64,000 nt of DNA, from the NCBI GenBank assembly GCA_964581635.1, contig CAZOPH010000001.1, positions 16,316 to 80,315 of the forward strand, in the 5' to 3' direction. Source of the DNA: an uncultured Smithella sp. (lineage in GTDB: Bacteria; Desulfobacterota; Syntrophia; Syntrophales; Smithellaceae). Positions 19,818-30,965 of this stretch are shown here, in pieces (the first letter of the stretch is position 1; each line of letters opens with the position of its first letter). A model generated the notes under the pieces. It saw only the letters and a list, made by a program, of their open reading frames with translations, was not told the origin of the DNA and ran no database searches. The position numbers were made by a program, and so were the translations under genes.

Positions 19818-21101
19818 GTGCTATTTGCCAGTCATTTGGAATATAATAAGGTTTCTCTTTTTTATAATCGGTACATTTCAGTTTTCCCTGTTGAAAATTT
19901 GGTGCCAAATTTGAAAATAGTTAAAATCAATAATTTTAACGAAGCGATTGAAATATTCCAGAAGATTGGTGTGGATCCTTATGGAATCGATGCAATGGCG
20001 CCTAAGACGCAACACGTTAATATTCTTCTTTCAGGGCAATCCTGTAAAGTAGCCAATATTATTAAGCAAGAAATGCTGTCGCTGGGCGCCGATGCAGCAG
20101 TTGCGCGTGGCAGTGTTGCCTGTTCAATTGACAAGACGGATGTTTTGCTCATGGGGACCATCAAGCAGATTTGGTCCATGGCTAAAAAAATTGAAAAACA
20201 ACCTTTCGGGTTAAATCTAATTGCACGGGATATTATGGATCTGATCGTTAACATCGCTCAAAATCACTATGTTCTTAAAACATCGAGACGCGAGATAACT
20301 TTGGGCGAAAGAACTTTAATCATGGGTATTTTAAATGTCACACCGGATTCTTTTTCCGACGGCAATTTTTACTTTGATCGGCAAAAAGCTATCGAGCGCG
20401 CTTTGCAAATGGCGGACGAAGGTGCCGACATCATTGATGTCGGCGGAGAATCAACAAGACCCGGAGCGAAACCAGTCACAGTGAATCAGGAAATCGCCAG
20501 GGTTGTTCCAATTGTTGAGAATTTAGCACGAAAGTTGAGTATTCCCATATCCGTGGATACAGCAAAATACCAAGTAGCTCAAAAATCGTTGGAAGTTGGA
20601 GCTGAAATCATAAATGATATAAGCTCGATGGGCGATAGAAAAATGGCCAGCGTTGTCCGAAAAGCCTCTGCCGCCTTAATTCTAATGCATATGAGAGGCA
20701 AACCTTCCAATATGCAGACCGGTAGTCTGGACTATGATGATGTAGTGGAAGAAATCATTAATTATCTGAAAAATGGATATCGCAAAGCCATTGCAGCGGG
20801 GATAGGCAAGGACCAAATAGTCGTCGATCCGGGAATCGGATTTGGCAAAACGTATGAAGATAATTATAAAATAATAAATAAATTAGATGAGTTCAAAGTA
20901 CTAGGTTTGCCGGTGCTGATTGGAACTTCACGCAAAGCTTTCATCGGCAACGTAACCGGGGGGGCGCCTGGGGACAGAATTGAAGGAACAGCCGCAACCG
21001 TTACCGCAGCTATTCTGAAAGGCTGCCATATTGTCCGCGTCCATGATATAGCTTTTATAAAAAAAGTCGCCGCAGTGACGGATGCTATCATTCATACTTA
21101 G
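19818..21101 (+). CDS. folP: dihydropteroate synthase with a roughly 150-aa N-terminal extension
   Basis: The C-terminal ~270 aa carries GILNVTPDSFSDG and the pterin-binding core. The start codon is uncertain: GTG at 19818, or TTG/GTG candidates near 19900-19911. Confidence 0.85.
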   Translation: MLFASHLEYNKVSLFYNRYISVFPVENLVPNLKIVKINNFNEAIEIFQKIGVDPYGIDAMAPKTQHVNILLSGQSCKVANIIKQEMLSLGADAAVARGSVACSIDKTDVLLMGTIKQIWSMAKKIEKQPFGLNLIARDIMDLIVNIAQNHYVLKTSRREITLGERTLIMGILNVTPDSFSDGNFYFDRQKAIERALQMADEGADIIDVGGESTRPGAKPVTVNQEIARVVPIVENLARKLSIPISVDTAKYQVAQKSLEVGAEIINDISSMGDRKMASVVRKASAALILMHMRGKPSNMQTGSLDYDDVVEEIINYLKNGYRKAIAAGIGKDQIVVDPGIGFGKTYEDNYKIINKLDEFKVLGLPVLIGTSRKAFIGNVTGGAPGDRIEGTAATVTAAILKGCHIVRVHDIAFIKKVAAVTDAIIHT

Positions 21102-21110
21102 AGGGAACGT

Positions 21111-21488
21111 ATGATATACGGAGTTGGTATTGATATCGTGGAAAATGGTCGGATTGAGAAAATTATTCAAAAATGGGGTGATAAATTTTTATTCCGCGTC
21201 TTTTCCGACAGGGAAATCTCTTATTGCGGCCGGCATGCCCAGGCATTTATTCATTACGGGGCCCGGTTTGCCGTGAAGGAGTCGTTCCTGAAGGCCATTG
21301 GAATGGGCCTCGGCAGAGGCGTAAAATTGCTCGAAATTGAAGTCATCAATAAGAAGAGTGGAAAACCTGAAATAAGTTTGTCTGGCGGCGCTAGGGATTT
21401 TTTTGTGAAAGCTGGAATTAAAAAAATTCATTTGAGTATTACTCATACAAAAAATTACTCATCCGCGATGGTTTTGCTGGAAAAATAA
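21111..21488 (+). CDS. acpS: holo-[acyl-carrier-protein] synthase
   Basis: 125 aa. MIYGVGIDIVE N-terminus typical of AcpS. Confidence 0.88.
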   Translation: MIYGVGIDIVENGRIEKIIQKWGDKFLFRVFSDREISYCGRHAQAFIHYGARFAVKESFLKAIGMGLGRGVKLLEIEVINKKSGKPEISLSGGARDFFVKAGIKKIHLSITHTKNYSSAMVLLEK

Positions 21489-21518
21489 AATTTTAATGAT
21501 AGATTTACGTATGTTCTC

Positions 21519-22004
21519 ATGAGAGAAAAAAATACCCTTTTTAAAATAAAATCCAAAAGCGCCGAGCAGACATTCGCAATCGGCTTTGCTATCGGGGAAA
21601 GGGCAGGAGAAGGCGACACTTTTGCACTATCAGGTGAACTGGGCGCCGGAAAGACCTGCTTTACAAGTGGGTTGGCACGGGGCCTTGGCGTTGGGGATCA
21701 TTATACGATTACCAGTCCGACCTTTACCTTAATTAATGAGTATCCGGGGCGATGCCGCCTTTACCATTTTGATGTTTATCGATTAAACCAGATAGGTGAA
21801 CTGGATGATTTGGGTTACGATGAATATGTGTCGGGAAAGGGCGTGGTCGCCATTGAGTGGGCGGAGAAAATTACAAATGCTTTGCCGCCCGATACTGTAA
21901 CCATCAATTTTAAGTACGAAGATGAAAAAACAAGGATAATCACGATCAGCGGGCCAAAAAAAAGAATTCGGAACTTAGTAAAGGATATCAAGAGGGAGGT
22001 TTAG
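21519..22004 (+). CDS. tsaE: tRNA t6A37 biosynthesis ATPase TsaE
   Basis: 161 aa. P-loop GELGAGKT and SPTFTLINEY, typical of YjeE/TsaE. Confidence 0.85.
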   Translation: MREKNTLFKIKSKSAEQTFAIGFAIGERAGEGDTFALSGELGAGKTCFTSGLARGLGVGDHYTITSPTFTLINEYPGRCRLYHFDVYRLNQIGELDDLGYDEYVSGKGVVAIEWAEKITNALPPDTVTINFKYEDEKTRIITISGPKKRIRNLVKDIKREV

Positions 22005-22007
22005 CAT

Positions 22008-23228
22008 ATGGGGTTGGTTGTTCAGAAGTTTGGCGGAACATCGGTGGCAAATATCGAAAAGATAAAAAATGTGGCAAACAAGGCGATTTGCGAGAAGAAT
22101 TCAGGTCATGACGTTCTTGTGGTACTCTCTGCCATGGCCGGAGAAACAAACAGATTGATAGATCTAGCGCATAGCGCTGCTGACTCCCCCGATGAAAGAG
22201 AATATGATTCATTGATATCAACAGGGGAACAAGTGACGATTACTCTTCTATCCATTGTGCTAAATTCGATGGGTTATCGCTCTCGCTCCTTTTTGGGTTT
22301 TCAGGTTAAGATATTAACAGACAATGCCTACAAGAAAGCAAGGATATCCTTGATCGATACCGATGTCATTCAGAAAGAACTCAAGAAGGGCACGATTGTT
22401 GTTGTTGCCGGATTTCAAGGCGTTGATGAGGATAATAATATTACCACCCTGGGTCGCGGTGGTTCCGACACGAGTGCGGTTGCTTTGGCCGCGGCGCTAA
22501 ATGCCGAACGATGCGATATTTACACAGATGTAGACGGCGTTTATACAACCGATCCCAATATCTGCGCTAAAGCCAGAAGACTGGATAAGATTTCGTATGA
22601 CGAAATGCTGGAAATGGCCATGACTGGCGCCAAAGTATTGCAACCCCGATCCGTAGAAATGGCTAAGAAATATGATGTGCCTGTTTATGTCAAATCAACC
22701 TTTTCCGATGAAGGCGGAACACTTGTAACGAAGGAGGATCAAGAGATGGAGCGAGAAGTATTGTCAGGAATCACTTATGATCGTGATCAGGCGAAAATTA
22801 CCGTTGTTCATATACCGGATAAACCGGGGATTGCAGCAAATTTATTTATGCCTTTATCGGAACGCAATATCAGTGTCGATATGATCATTCAAAACGCCAG
22901 CACGCAAGGTTATACAGATCTAACCTTCACTGTCTCGAAAAAAGATATGAAAGAAGCACAGAAAATCGTTGAAGCAACAGCCAAGGAAATTGGCGCCAAA
23001 AAAGTGGAAGTGGATGATGAAGTCGCAAAGGTATCAATCATTGGCGTGGGCATGGTCAGTCATTCGGGCGTCGCGGCAAAAATGTTTAAAACTATGGCGG
23101 ATGAGAGTATCAATATCATGATGATAAGCACGTCCGAAATCAAAATATCCTGTGTAATTCAGAGAAAATATACGGAATTGGCTGTCATGGTGCTTCACGA
23201 TGCATTTCATTTAGAAAAGAAAAATTAA
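22008..23228 (+). CDS. lysC: aspartate kinase
   Basis: 406 aa. VQKFGGTSV N-terminus, TLGRGGSDT, and tandem ACT domains at the C-terminus. Confidence 0.93.
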   Translation: MGLVVQKFGGTSVANIEKIKNVANKAICEKNSGHDVLVVLSAMAGETNRLIDLAHSAADSPDEREYDSLISTGEQVTITLLSIVLNSMGYRSRSFLGFQVKILTDNAYKKARISLIDTDVIQKELKKGTIVVVAGFQGVDEDNNITTLGRGGSDTSAVALAAALNAERCDIYTDVDGVYTTDPNICAKARRLDKISYDEMLEMAMTGAKVLQPRSVEMAKKYDVPVYVKSTFSDEGGTLVTKEDQEMEREVLSGITYDRDQAKITVVHIPDKPGIAANLFMPLSERNISVDMIIQNASTQGYTDLTFTVSKKDMKEAQKIVEATAKEIGAKKVEVDDEVAKVSIIGVGMVSHSGVAAKMFKTMADESINIMMISTSEIKISCVIQRKYTELAVMVLHDAFHLEKKN

Positions 23229-23230
23229 AA

Positions 23231-23788
23231 ATGATGATATTTGAACGTCAGATAAGGGGATTCATCGCAGTGTCTGTTATCCTAGCGTTGATTCCCTTGA
23301 TCCATTTTTTTATATCATCTCAGATGAATACGAAAAGTCCAGTTCTATCCACCTCAGGCTCTGAGACAATCGCTATTGAAGTCGTTGACGAAAACGGAGC
23401 GTCTGGTGTCTTTTTTGTTGAACCGGGAATCTCAGTCAATCAAATGTTTTCACGTCTTAAAACCAAGAAAATACGTACAGAAGATTTTAAACTGAAAAAC
23501 GGAACAAAAATAAGACTTGTTCCTGAAGAAGATCATCGAAAGATTGTCATCGAAAAAATGGGAGCCGCGAAGAGATTGGCACTCGGGTTGCCCCTAGACA
23601 TTAATTTGGCAGGTCTTGATGAATTAACATTAATTCCCGGAGTGGGAGATGTCTTGGCTGCCAATATTTTAGAATGGCGAATGCGAAATGGACGTTTTGA
23701 AAAATTAGAACAGTTGATGGTTATCAATGGAATTAAAGAGAAAAAATTTTCAAAATTAAGACAATATCTCTATGTCGAAAAGTGGTAG
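23231..23788 (+). CDS. ComEA-like helix-hairpin-helix DNA-binding protein
   Basis: 185 aa. N-terminal TM helix. C-terminal HhH region INLAGLDELTLIPGVGDVLAANILEWR. Confidence 0.7.
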   Translation: MMIFERQIRGFIAVSVILALIPLIHFFISSQMNTKSPVLSTSGSETIAIEVVDENGASGVFFVEPGISVNQMFSRLKTKKIRTEDFKLKNGTKIRLVPEEDHRKIVIEKMGAAKRLALGLPLDINLAGLDELTLIPGVGDVLAANILEWRMRNGRFEKLEQLMVINGIKEKKFSKLRQYLYVEKW

Positions 23789-23791
23789 GTT

Positions 23792-24415
23792 TTACGATTT
23801 ACTGTATGACTCATATAGTGCAAGAACTCGCCTGACGTAATTCTGTGTTTCACGGTAAGGGGGTACGCCATAATTATATTTTGCAACGGCGCCTTCGCCC
23901 GCATTATAAGCAGCCAGTGCAAGTGTCAAGTTTCCTCTGTAGAGATTTAGTAGATAACGTAGATAACGGGCACCTCCTTCAATATTATCAACAGGATGAA
24001 AAACGTCATCAACCTTCATGTGCGAAGCGGTTTGTGGCATCAGTTGCATAAGCCCTTTTGCGCCGGCACACGAAACAGCCTTATGATTAAAATTTGATTC
24101 TGCTTTAATGACGGCTTTAATCAAGGCGACATCAAGATTAAATTTGCTGGCGGCCTGGGAAATAATCTTGTCATATTGGCGGATATCTATGCCTTTCGGG
24201 AAAAACACTCTTTTTTCCTTCAGGATCATTACATATTTTGCTTTAGGATTAGAAGGCACGTTTGTCAAATGGATCACACCTTCTTCATCTTCATATTTGT
24301 AAATATCCGCATGAGAGGGAACAGCATAAAGAAGGAGTAAGAAGGTTGAAACAAATAAGATGGCCTGTAAAGTTCCAATTAATTTGGAAGATTTTCTGTT
24401 TGTTTTGTGAATCAT
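23792..24415 (-). CDS. lytic transglycosylase (SLT domain)
   Basis: 207 aa. Signal peptide. Catalytic-Glu motif AESNFNHKAVSCAGAKGLMQLMPQTA. Confidence 0.8.
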   Translation of the reverse strand: MIHKTNRKSSKLIGTLQAILFVSTFLLLLYAVPSHADIYKYEDEEGVIHLTNVPSNPKAKYVMILKEKRVFFPKGIDIRQYDKIISQAASKFNLDVALIKAVIKAESNFNHKAVSCAGAKGLMQLMPQTASHMKVDDVFHPVDNIEGGARYLRYLLNLYRGNLTLALAAYNAGEGAVAKYNYGVPPYRETQNYVRRVLALYESYSKS

Positions 24416-24601
24416 GATGTTATCATACTTTAATGATTATTTTAGTTCAAGGAGAAAATAGCCCTTCATATTCATGTGGAATTTCTGGTTCATGCATTGC
24501 CACACTTCAGTATTTCGGATATGATGGCTTACTATTTTGTTTGCTCTTGACATGATTTCTCGATGGTGGTAATGACCTCAACACTTTACAGTATAAGATG
24601 T

Positions 24602-24678
24602 CGGGGCGTGGCGCAGTCTGGTAGCGTATCTGAATGGGGTTCAGAGGGCCGGTGGTTCAAATCCACTCGCCCCGACCA
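24602..24678 (+). tRNA. tRNA-Pro (anticodon GGG)
   Basis: Acceptor CGGGGCG/CGCCCCG, anticodon stem TCTGA/TCAGA with loop ATGGGGT, GGTTCAAATCC T-loop, encoded CCA. Coordinates hand-counted. Confidence 0.85.
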
Positions 24679-24881
24679 TTTCCAATTTCTAATCTTTTGT
24701 TTTATTTCTGATACTTTCTAGGGAGACCATTGAAACGAAATGGCATAAGTAAAAGGGCTAAAAGTAGTTTCCAAGCATGGGTCATCTTTTTCTTGCAATA
24801 AAGGGGATTATCATTTACAGGAATGACGACGAAAAGCACAATTTAACTGGTTTTGTTGCAGTGCGCCCATGAGAATCCGCG

Positions 24882-24909
24882 TTGACATTTTGAGTAATGA
24901 ATATATAAT
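24882..24909 (+). promoter_or_regulatory. consensus sigma70 promoter upstream of tRNA-Leu (and probably tig-clpP-clpX-lon)
   Basis: TTGACA (24882-24887), 16 nt, TATAAT (24904-24909). tRNA-Leu starts 18 nt downstream. Confidence 0.55.
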
Positions 24910-24926
24910 TCCAATGTAATCAAAAG

Positions 24927-25013
24927 GCGAGAGTGGCGGAATTGGCAGACGCACTGGACTTAGGATCCAGCCCGCCCAAGCGGTTAGGGGTTCAAGTCCC
25001 CTCTCTCGCACCA
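24927..25013 (+). tRNA. tRNA-Leu (anticodon TAG)
   Basis: 87 nt with a long variable arm. Acceptor GCGAGAG/CTCTCGC, anticodon loop CTTAGGA, GGTTCAAGTCC T-loop, encoded CCA. Confidence 0.9.
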
Positions 25014-25054
25014 GAATGAAAGTGCATACTAATTTAATAGAAGGAGAAAAAGTA

Positions 25055-26380
25055 GTGAGCGATCTTTGCGTAAAATTAGAAGATATCAGCCAGGTTAAGA
25101 AAAAGATATCATTTGAGATACCCTGGGCTTTTGTTAAAGAAGAATTAGAGAATGTTTATCGTGATATTGGTAAAAAAGCCAAGATAAAAGGTTTTCGTCC
25201 GGGCAAAATCCCCCGTAAGATACTGGAAAATAATTTTAAAGCCGATGCCGAAGGGGAGGCGATTACCAATATTGTCAATAAATACTATTGGCAGGAGCTT
25301 GATGATCGAAAGATTGTAACACTTTCCCGTCCTGAAGTTGATCAGCATGGGCTAAAGGAAAACGCAGACTTTTCTTTTAGTGCTTCGTTTGAAACAGAAC
25401 CAGTATTTGAACCGAGTGGTTATCAGCACATGGAATTGGAAAAAATAAAAATTTCCGTGTCGGAAGAAGATATTGAAAAACGGCTTCATGAAATCCGGAA
25501 GATGTTTGCAACGATGCAGGATGTCACGGAGGATCGGCAAGCAGTGATGGGTGATTTTGTAACAATTGATTTTACAGGAACACTTGATGGTGAATCTCTT
25601 CCAGAACTTAAAGCGGAAAGTTTTCTGTTGGAACTGGGATCAAAAAGACTAATTCCCGGATTTGAAGAAAAAGTTGCGGGCATGCGAAAGGGCGAAACAA
25701 GAGAGATTAACCTCACATTTCCAACCGATTATTCTGAAAAGAAAATGGCCGGAAAGGATGTGATTTTTACTGTGGCTCTCAAAGGTCTCAAAGAGCAAAA
25801 ACTGCCAGAAATTGATGATAATTTCATTAAAAATTTTGATAAGTATAACACCCTGGACGATTTAAAGAATGATGTGCGTCAATCAATGGAAGAACAATGC
25901 AAGCGCCAGAGTGATTTGGAATTGCAGGATAAAATAATGGAAGCCATTCTTAAGGTCAACGAATTTGAAGCACCGCAATCACTTGTGGAGCGACAGATTT
26001 TCTATATGATATCGGATACACAAAAGAGAATGAAATCCGCAGGTATGGATGAGAAGAATGCAATGGATCTGAGTTTGCGCATGCATGATCAATTTAAACA
26101 GGATGCGGAAAAGACGGTCAGATCTTTTCTTCTGCTCAAAAAGATAGCTGAAAAAGAAGCGATTACAGTCTCTGAAGACGATATCGATAATCATATCAAA
26201 GAATTAGCAGAAATTCATCATACAGATTATGAGGTTGTTAAAAGTGCCTATGACAATGAAGAGAGGATGAACTCTCTGAAATCAGAAATTATCCAGAAAA
26301 AGGTATTTGACTTTATTAGGCATCAGGCCAATATTAAAGTCATTGAAAAAGTTGGGCTGGAGCAGGGGGTGGCTAATTGA
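25055..26380 (+). CDS. tig: trigger factor
   Basis: The tracked ORF starts 3 nt after the tRNA. The in-frame GTG at 25055, preceded by GAAGGAG, is more plausible. Has an FKBP-type middle domain ([15 protein letters not shown]). Followed by clpP-clpX-lon. Confidence 0.9.
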   Translation: MSDLCVKLEDISQVKKKISFEIPWAFVKEELENVYRDIGKKAKIKGFRPGKIPRKILENNFKADAEGEAITNIVNKYYWQELDDRKIVTLSRPEVDQHGLKENADFSFSASFETEPVFEPSGYQHMELEKIKISVSEEDIEKRLHEIRKMFATMQDVTEDRQAVMGDFVTIDFTGTLDGESLPELKAESFLLELGSKRLIPGFEEKVAGMRKGETREINLTFPTDYSEKKMAGKDVIFTVALKGLKEQKLPEIDDNFIKNFDKYNTLDDLKNDVRQSMEEQCKRQSDLELQDKIMEAILKVNEFEAPQSLVERQIFYMISDTQKRMKSAGMDEKNAMDLSLRMHDQFKQDAEKTVRSFLLLKKIAEKEAITVSEDDIDNHIKELAEIHHTDYEVVKSAYDNEERMNSLKSEIIQKKVFDFIRHQANIKVIEKVGLEQGVAN

Positions 26381-26979
26381 ATTTAATACCAATGGTGGTG
26401 GAACAAGATGGGAGAGGTGAAAGAGCGTTCGACATCTATTCCCGTCTTTTAAAAGACAGAATCATATTTCTGGGAACGGCTATCGACGATAATGTTGCGA
26501 ATGTCGTTGTCGCGCAAATGCTTTATTTGGAAGCTGAAGATCCGGATAAAGAAATATTTTTCTATCTCAATTCTCCCGGCGGGCATGTTAGTTCGGGCAT
26601 GGCTATTTATGATACGATGCAGTATATTAAACCTCAAATTTCTACGGTGTGCATGGGGCAGGCGGCCAGTATGGCGGCAATTCTGCTGGCGGCCGGTGAG
26701 AAGGGGAAAAGATTTGCTCTACCTCATTCACGCATTTTAATTCATCAGCCGTTGGGTGGGTTTCAGGGCCAAGCGACAGATATTGACATTCAAGCCAGAG
26801 AAATTTTAAGATTAAAAGATGAATTAAACAAAATTCTAGCTGAATTAACCAGTCAACAACTGGCCAAAATCATGAATGATACAGAGCGGGACTACTTTAT
26901 GACCAGCCAGCAAGCTAAAGAGTATGGTTTAATTGACGAAATAGTTGTAAGAAAGCCTGTGTTATCTGGCGTTAAATAA
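26377..26979 (+). CDS. clpP: ATP-dependent Clp protease proteolytic subunit
   Basis: 200 aa. [22 protein letters not shown] and GQAASMAA (catalytic Ser). TTG start overlaps the tig stop. Confidence 0.95.
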   Translation: MNLIPMVVEQDGRGERAFDIYSRLLKDRIIFLGTAIDDNVANVVVAQMLYLEAEDPDKEIFFYLNSPGGHVSSGMAIYDTMQYIKPQISTVCMGQAASMAAILLAAGEKGKRFALPHSRILIHQPLGGFQGQATDIDIQAREILRLKDELNKILAELTSQQLAKIMNDTERDYFMTSQQAKEYGLIDEIVVRKPVLSGVK

Positions 26980-26991
26980 AGGAGAATTTAA

Positions 26992-28251
26992 GTGATTAAA
27001 AGAAGTAAAGATAATCGAGGCCAGGGTATGCTTTTTTGTTCGTTTTGCGGGAAAATGCAAAGTGAAGTTCGTAAATTGGTAGCGGGTCCGACTGCTTATA
27101 TTTGCGATGAGTGTATTGAATTGTGCCGTTGTATTGTTGAAGAAGAAGAAAAAACGGTAGAAAAAGGTCCTAAAAATGTTTTACCTGAACCGAAGGAAAT
27201 TAAGAAATTTCTTGATTCCTACGTCATCGGTCAGGAAAAAACAAAGAAAATACTATCCGTTGCAGTTTATAATCATTATAAAAGACTATTTTCCAATGTC
27301 AGTTCTACAGATGGTGTTGAAATCCAGAAAAGTAACGTCCTCTTGGTCGGCCCAACAGGGTCTGGGAAGACATTGCTGGCGAAGACCCTGGCAAAATTAC
27401 TCAACGTTCCCTTTACGATAGCGGATGCCACTACTTTGACTGAGGCGGGATATGTAGGTGAAGATGTAGAAAATATCATTTTGAGTCTGTTGCAAAATGC
27501 TGATTACGATGTTGCACGTGCATCAAAAGGAATTGTCTATATTGATGAAATAGATAAAATAGCGAAAAAATCGGGTAACCCATCTATTACACGGGATGTT
27601 TCCGGAGAAGGTGTTCAGCAGGCCTTGTTGAAAATCATGGAAGGAACAATGGCTAATATACCACCAAAGGGAGGCAGAAAGCATCCTCAACAGGAATTCA
27701 TCCAGATTGATACTACAAATATTCTATTTATCTGCGGTGGCGCTTTTAATGATTTGGAGAACATTATTTCGAAACGAATTGGCACAAATACCATGGGTTT
27801 CGGTGCAGAAATTAAAAGCAAAAAAGAAAAGAGAATTGGTGAGTTGTTAACAGAAGTTCGATCTGAAGATCTGCTCAAATTCGGTCTTATTCCAGAATTT
27901 ATTGGTCGCCTGCCTGTTATTTCCACGCTTGATGATCTAGATGAAGCTTCATTGGTTCGTATTTTGACAGAACCAAGAGACGCGATCATCAAACAATATA
28001 AGAAATTATTCGAATTGGAAAATGTAACTTTGAAGTTCACGGATGGTGCATTACGCTGTGTGGCAAAACTTTCTATGGAAAGAAAATCAGGCGCTCGTGG
28101 TTTACGGTCCATTTTAGAAAATACAATGCTCGAAGTGATGTACGATATTCCATCGCAGCGGGACATTAAAGAATGTGTGATCAGTGAGGAAGTTGTTGTC
28201 AATAAAGAAAAACCTATTTTGATATACGATACAAAATCTGAGTCTGCATAA
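26992..28251 (+). CDS. clpX: ATP-dependent Clp protease ATP-binding subunit ClpX
   Basis: 419 aa. Zinc-binding CSFCGK...CDEC, Walker [12 protein letters not shown] start after AAGGAG. Confidence 0.95.
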   Translation: MIKRSKDNRGQGMLFCSFCGKMQSEVRKLVAGPTAYICDECIELCRCIVEEEEKTVEKGPKNVLPEPKEIKKFLDSYVIGQEKTKKILSVAVYNHYKRLFSNVSSTDGVEIQKSNVLLVGPTGSGKTLLAKTLAKLLNVPFTIADATTLTEAGYVGEDVENIILSLLQNADYDVARASKGIVYIDEIDKIAKKSGNPSITRDVSGEGVQQALLKIMEGTMANIPPKGGRKHPQQEFIQIDTTNILFICGGAFNDLENIISKRIGTNTMGFGAEIKSKKEKRIGELLTEVRSEDLLKFGLIPEFIGRLPVISTLDDLDEASLVRILTEPRDAIIKQYKKLFELENVTLKFTDGALRCVAKLSMERKSGARGLRSILENTMLEVMYDIPSQRDIKECVISEEVVVNKEKPILIYDTKSESA

Positions 28252-28271
28252 AAAATATTTAGGAAAAATGA

Positions 28272-30680
28272 ATGACTGAGGAACAAAATTATAATAATCA
28301 AAATAAAATGAACATCATTCCGCTTTTACCGCTCCGGGATGTGGTTGTTTTCCCGCACATGATTGTTCCATTATTTGTCGGCCGGGAAAAGTCTATTGCT
28401 GCTCTGGAATCCGCTATGAAATATGAAAAAGGAATCTTCATGGTGGCACAAAAAAGTGCAAAAAAAGATGATCCTGCGGAAGAAGATATTTATCGGGTTG
28501 GAACAATAGGCATTATCATCCAGTTGCTGCGTTTGCCGGATGGAACCGTCAAGGTTCTGGTAGAAGGCAAGACCCGTGGTGTTATCCAGGAATATCTGAA
28601 GAATGATGATTTCTTTCTTGTAAAAGTTGCCGATGTTGAAGATGTCGATGATGATCCGAGTGATGTTAAAAAACAGGCGCTGATGCGTAGTATCAAGGAA
28701 TCTTTCGAGCTTTATCTGAAACTCAGCAAGAAAGTTCATGTAGAAATGATGGGAACGATCTCTGCCATTGACGATCCATCCAAACTTGCTGATGTGGTGG
28801 TGACCCATCTGAATGTAAAACTGGAAGATAAACAAAAGATTATGGAAATCTTCACCATCAGTGAAAGGCTGGAAGCCATTTATTCGCTGATGCTCTCTGA
28901 GATTGAGATTCTGCAAGTTGAAGAAAAAATCAAACGTCGAGTCAAAAAGCAGATGGAGAAAACGCAGAAGGATTACTACCTGAATGAACAAATGCGCGCT
29001 ATCCAAAAAGAAATGGGCGAAAAAGATGATTTTAAGAATGAAATAGCCGATCTGGAAAAGCGTCTCAAGCAAAAGAATCTCTCTGAAGAAGCAACGAAGA
29101 AAGTTCGCCAGGAAATTAAAAAGCTGCAAATGATGTCGCCCATGTCGGCGGAGGCCACCGTTGTGCGCAATTATATCGATTGGCTATTGGATATGCCCTG
29201 GTCGGAAATCACGGAAAATAAATACACCTTGAAGGAATCAGAAAATATTCTCGATGTAGATCATTATGGATTGAAAAAAATAAAGGAAAGGATCATTGAA
29301 TATCTGGCTGTTCAATCCCTGGTTAAGAAAAATAAAGGACCGATACTTTGTCTAGTAGGACCTCCCGGCGTTGGAAAAACGTCGATTGCTAAATCAGTAG
29401 CCCGTGCAACAAATCGAAAATTTGTTCGAATTTCTTTGGGTGGTGTCCGCGATGAGGCGGAAATTCGCGGTCATCGCAGAACCTATATCGGGGCGATGCC
29501 AGGGAAAATCATTCAGTCCCTAAAAAAAGCAGGGTCGAACAATCCTGTGTTCTGTCTGGACGAAGTGGATAAACTGAGCTCCGATTTTCGCGGAGATCCC
29601 TCTTCAGCCTTACTCGAAGTCCTTGATCCAGAGCAGAATTTTGCGTTCAATGATAATTATCTGGATGTTGATTATGATTTATCCGACATTTTGTTTATTA
29701 CAACGGCCAATGTTTTACAGACAATACCGGCACCCTTGCAGGACAGAATGGAAGTGATTCGCATTGCCGGTTACACGGAACAAGAAAAGCTTCAAATAGC
29801 CCAAAAATTCCTTTTGACAAAGGAAATGGAAGCCAATGGTTTGATTAAAGACAATATTGAATTTACCAAGGGGGCTGTATTGCGTATTATCCGTCAATAT
29901 ACCAGGGAAGCGGGTGTGCGCAATCTTGAGCGAGAAATTGCAGGCGTGTGCCGCAAGGTTGCTAGAGAAATTGTCAGCAACGGCGCCAAGAAAAAAATTC
30001 TGATCAGTTCGAAAAACATACCGAAATATTTAGGAGTTCCGAAATTCCGTCACGGTGAAACGGAAGAAAAAAATCAGATTGGGTTGACAACCGGCTTGGC
30101 CTGGACGGAAGTTGGCGGCGAATTGTTGGCCATTGAAGCGTCCATTATGGAAGGAACCGGCCGCATGGTGATGACTGGAAAACTGGGTGATGTCATGCAA
30201 GAATCTGTGCAGGCTGCTCTGACGTATATCCGGGCGCGTGCTGAAAAGTTTGGCTTACCGAAAAACTTCTATAAGAAAATAGATATACACGTCCATGTGC
30301 CCGAAGGAGCGATTCCCAAGGATGGCCCATCCGCCGGCATTGCAATGGCCACATCCATTGCCTCCGCTCTCATGAAAAAGAAAGTCCGTGCCGATCTAGC
30401 AATGACAGGCGAAATAACATTAAGGGGACGGGTATTGCCTATCGGTGGTCTAAAAGAAAAAATTCTTGCGGCTCATCGCGGAAATATTAAAATGGTTATT
30501 ATTCCGAAAGATAATGAAAAGGATCTAGCGGAAGTACCCCACAATGTACAAAATGCCCTACAAATCGTTTTTGTCGATCACATTGATGAGGTGCTGGACA
30601 TTGCTTTTGTAAAAGATGAGGATATTTTCAGAAACACTGAAAAAAATGATATGCAGAGTGTCGCACAGCCCGTGAATTGA
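28272..30680 (+). CDS. lon: Lon protease
   Basis: 802 aa. Walker [10 protein letters not shown] and the catalytic Ser context [10 protein letters not shown]. Confidence 0.95.
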   Translation: MTEEQNYNNQNKMNIIPLLPLRDVVVFPHMIVPLFVGREKSIAALESAMKYEKGIFMVAQKSAKKDDPAEEDIYRVGTIGIIIQLLRLPDGTVKVLVEGKTRGVIQEYLKNDDFFLVKVADVEDVDDDPSDVKKQALMRSIKESFELYLKLSKKVHVEMMGTISAIDDPSKLADVVVTHLNVKLEDKQKIMEIFTISERLEAIYSLMLSEIEILQVEEKIKRRVKKQMEKTQKDYYLNEQMRAIQKEMGEKDDFKNEIADLEKRLKQKNLSEEATKKVRQEIKKLQMMSPMSAEATVVRNYIDWLLDMPWSEITENKYTLKESENILDVDHYGLKKIKERIIEYLAVQSLVKKNKGPILCLVGPPGVGKTSIAKSVARATNRKFVRISLGGVRDEAEIRGHRRTYIGAMPGKIIQSLKKAGSNNPVFCLDEVDKLSSDFRGDPSSALLEVLDPEQNFAFNDNYLDVDYDLSDILFITTANVLQTIPAPLQDRMEVIRIAGYTEQEKLQIAQKFLLTKEMEANGLIKDNIEFTKGAVLRIIRQYTREAGVRNLEREIAGVCRKVAREIVSNGAKKKILISSKNIPKYLGVPKFRHGETEEKNQIGLTTGLAWTEVGGELLAIEASIMEGTGRMVMTGKLGDVMQESVQAALTYIRARAEKFGLPKNFYKKIDIHVHVPEGAIPKDGPSAGIAMATSIASALMKKKVRADLAMTGEITLRGRVLPIGGLKEKILAAHRGNIKMVIIPKDNEKDLAEVPHNVQNALQIVFVDHIDEVLDIAFVKDEDIFRNTEKNDMQSVAQPVN

Positions 30681-30700
30681 ATGAGATCTCTCATTTTTTT
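30681..30700 (+). terminator. weak candidate terminator after lon
   Basis: 5-bp stem ATGAG/CTCAT with a 4-nt loop, followed by T7. The stem is short and AT-rich. Confidence 0.3.
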
Positions 30701-30705
30701 ATAGC

Positions 30706-30734
30706 TTGACAAGAAATCTCAATATTGCTAGAAG
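30706..30734 (+). promoter_or_regulatory. candidate promoter for tRNA-Val/tRNA-Asp
   Basis: TTGACA (30706-30711), 17 nt, TAGAAG (4 of 6 match to the -10 consensus), 25 nt upstream of tRNA-Val. Confidence 0.3.
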
Positions 30735-30758
30735 CCTTGCAGCTTTTTTGGGGCATTT

Positions 30759-30834
30759 GGGCGGGTAGCTCAGCTGGAAGAGCGCCACGCTTACACCGTG
30801 GATGTCACAGGTTCGAGCCCTGTCCCGCCTACCA
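30759..30834 (+). tRNA. tRNA-Val (anticodon TAC)
   Basis: Anticodon stem CCACG/CGTGG with loop CTTACAC, GGTTCGAGCCC T-arm, encoded CCA. G1-U72 wobble at the top of the acceptor stem. Confidence 0.88.
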
Positions 30835-30878
30835 GAAAAGAAAAAAGAAGATAAAAAAACTTTAATAAATGATTTTTG

Positions 30879-30955
30879 GGGGTCATAGTTAAGTTGGTTA
30901 TAACGCCGGCCTGTCACGCCGGAGGGCAGGGGTTCAAGTCCCCTTGGCCCCGCCA
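30879..30955 (+). tRNA. tRNA-Asp (anticodon GTC)
   Basis: Acceptor GGGGTCA/TGGCCCC, anticodon stem CCGGC/GCCGG with loop CTGTCAC, GGTTCAAGTCC T-loop, encoded CCA. Confidence 0.88.
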
Positions 30956-30965
30956 GAAACTCGAA

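Noticed and set aside
19752-19930. Checked for a folate- or ZTP-type riboswitch upstream of folP. Also checked for lysine, purine and other leaders upstream of dapA, lysC and guaB.
   Set aside because: No conserved riboswitch core motifs were recognisable by eye. Most of these genes have intergenic spacers too short to hold a riboswitch.
24679-24926. Possible sRNA or a 22-codon ORF (TTG after GGGAG, near 24731-24799) in the 248-nt gap between tRNA-Pro and tRNA-Leu.
   Set aside because: The ORF is very short with a non-ATG start and an unremarkable composition, and I cannot assess conservation. The 3' part of the gap is explained by the tRNA-Leu promoter.
28371-29129. 252-aa minus-strand ORF antisense to lon. 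Similar long antisense ORFs occur at 27687-28301 (clpX), 49071-49541 and 50691-51230 (dnaE).
   Set aside because: The products are Phe/Leu/Ile-rich and low in complexity. They mirror Lys/Glu-rich sense codons (GAA/AAG read backwards), have no RBS or family features, and sit entirely inside strongly supported genes.
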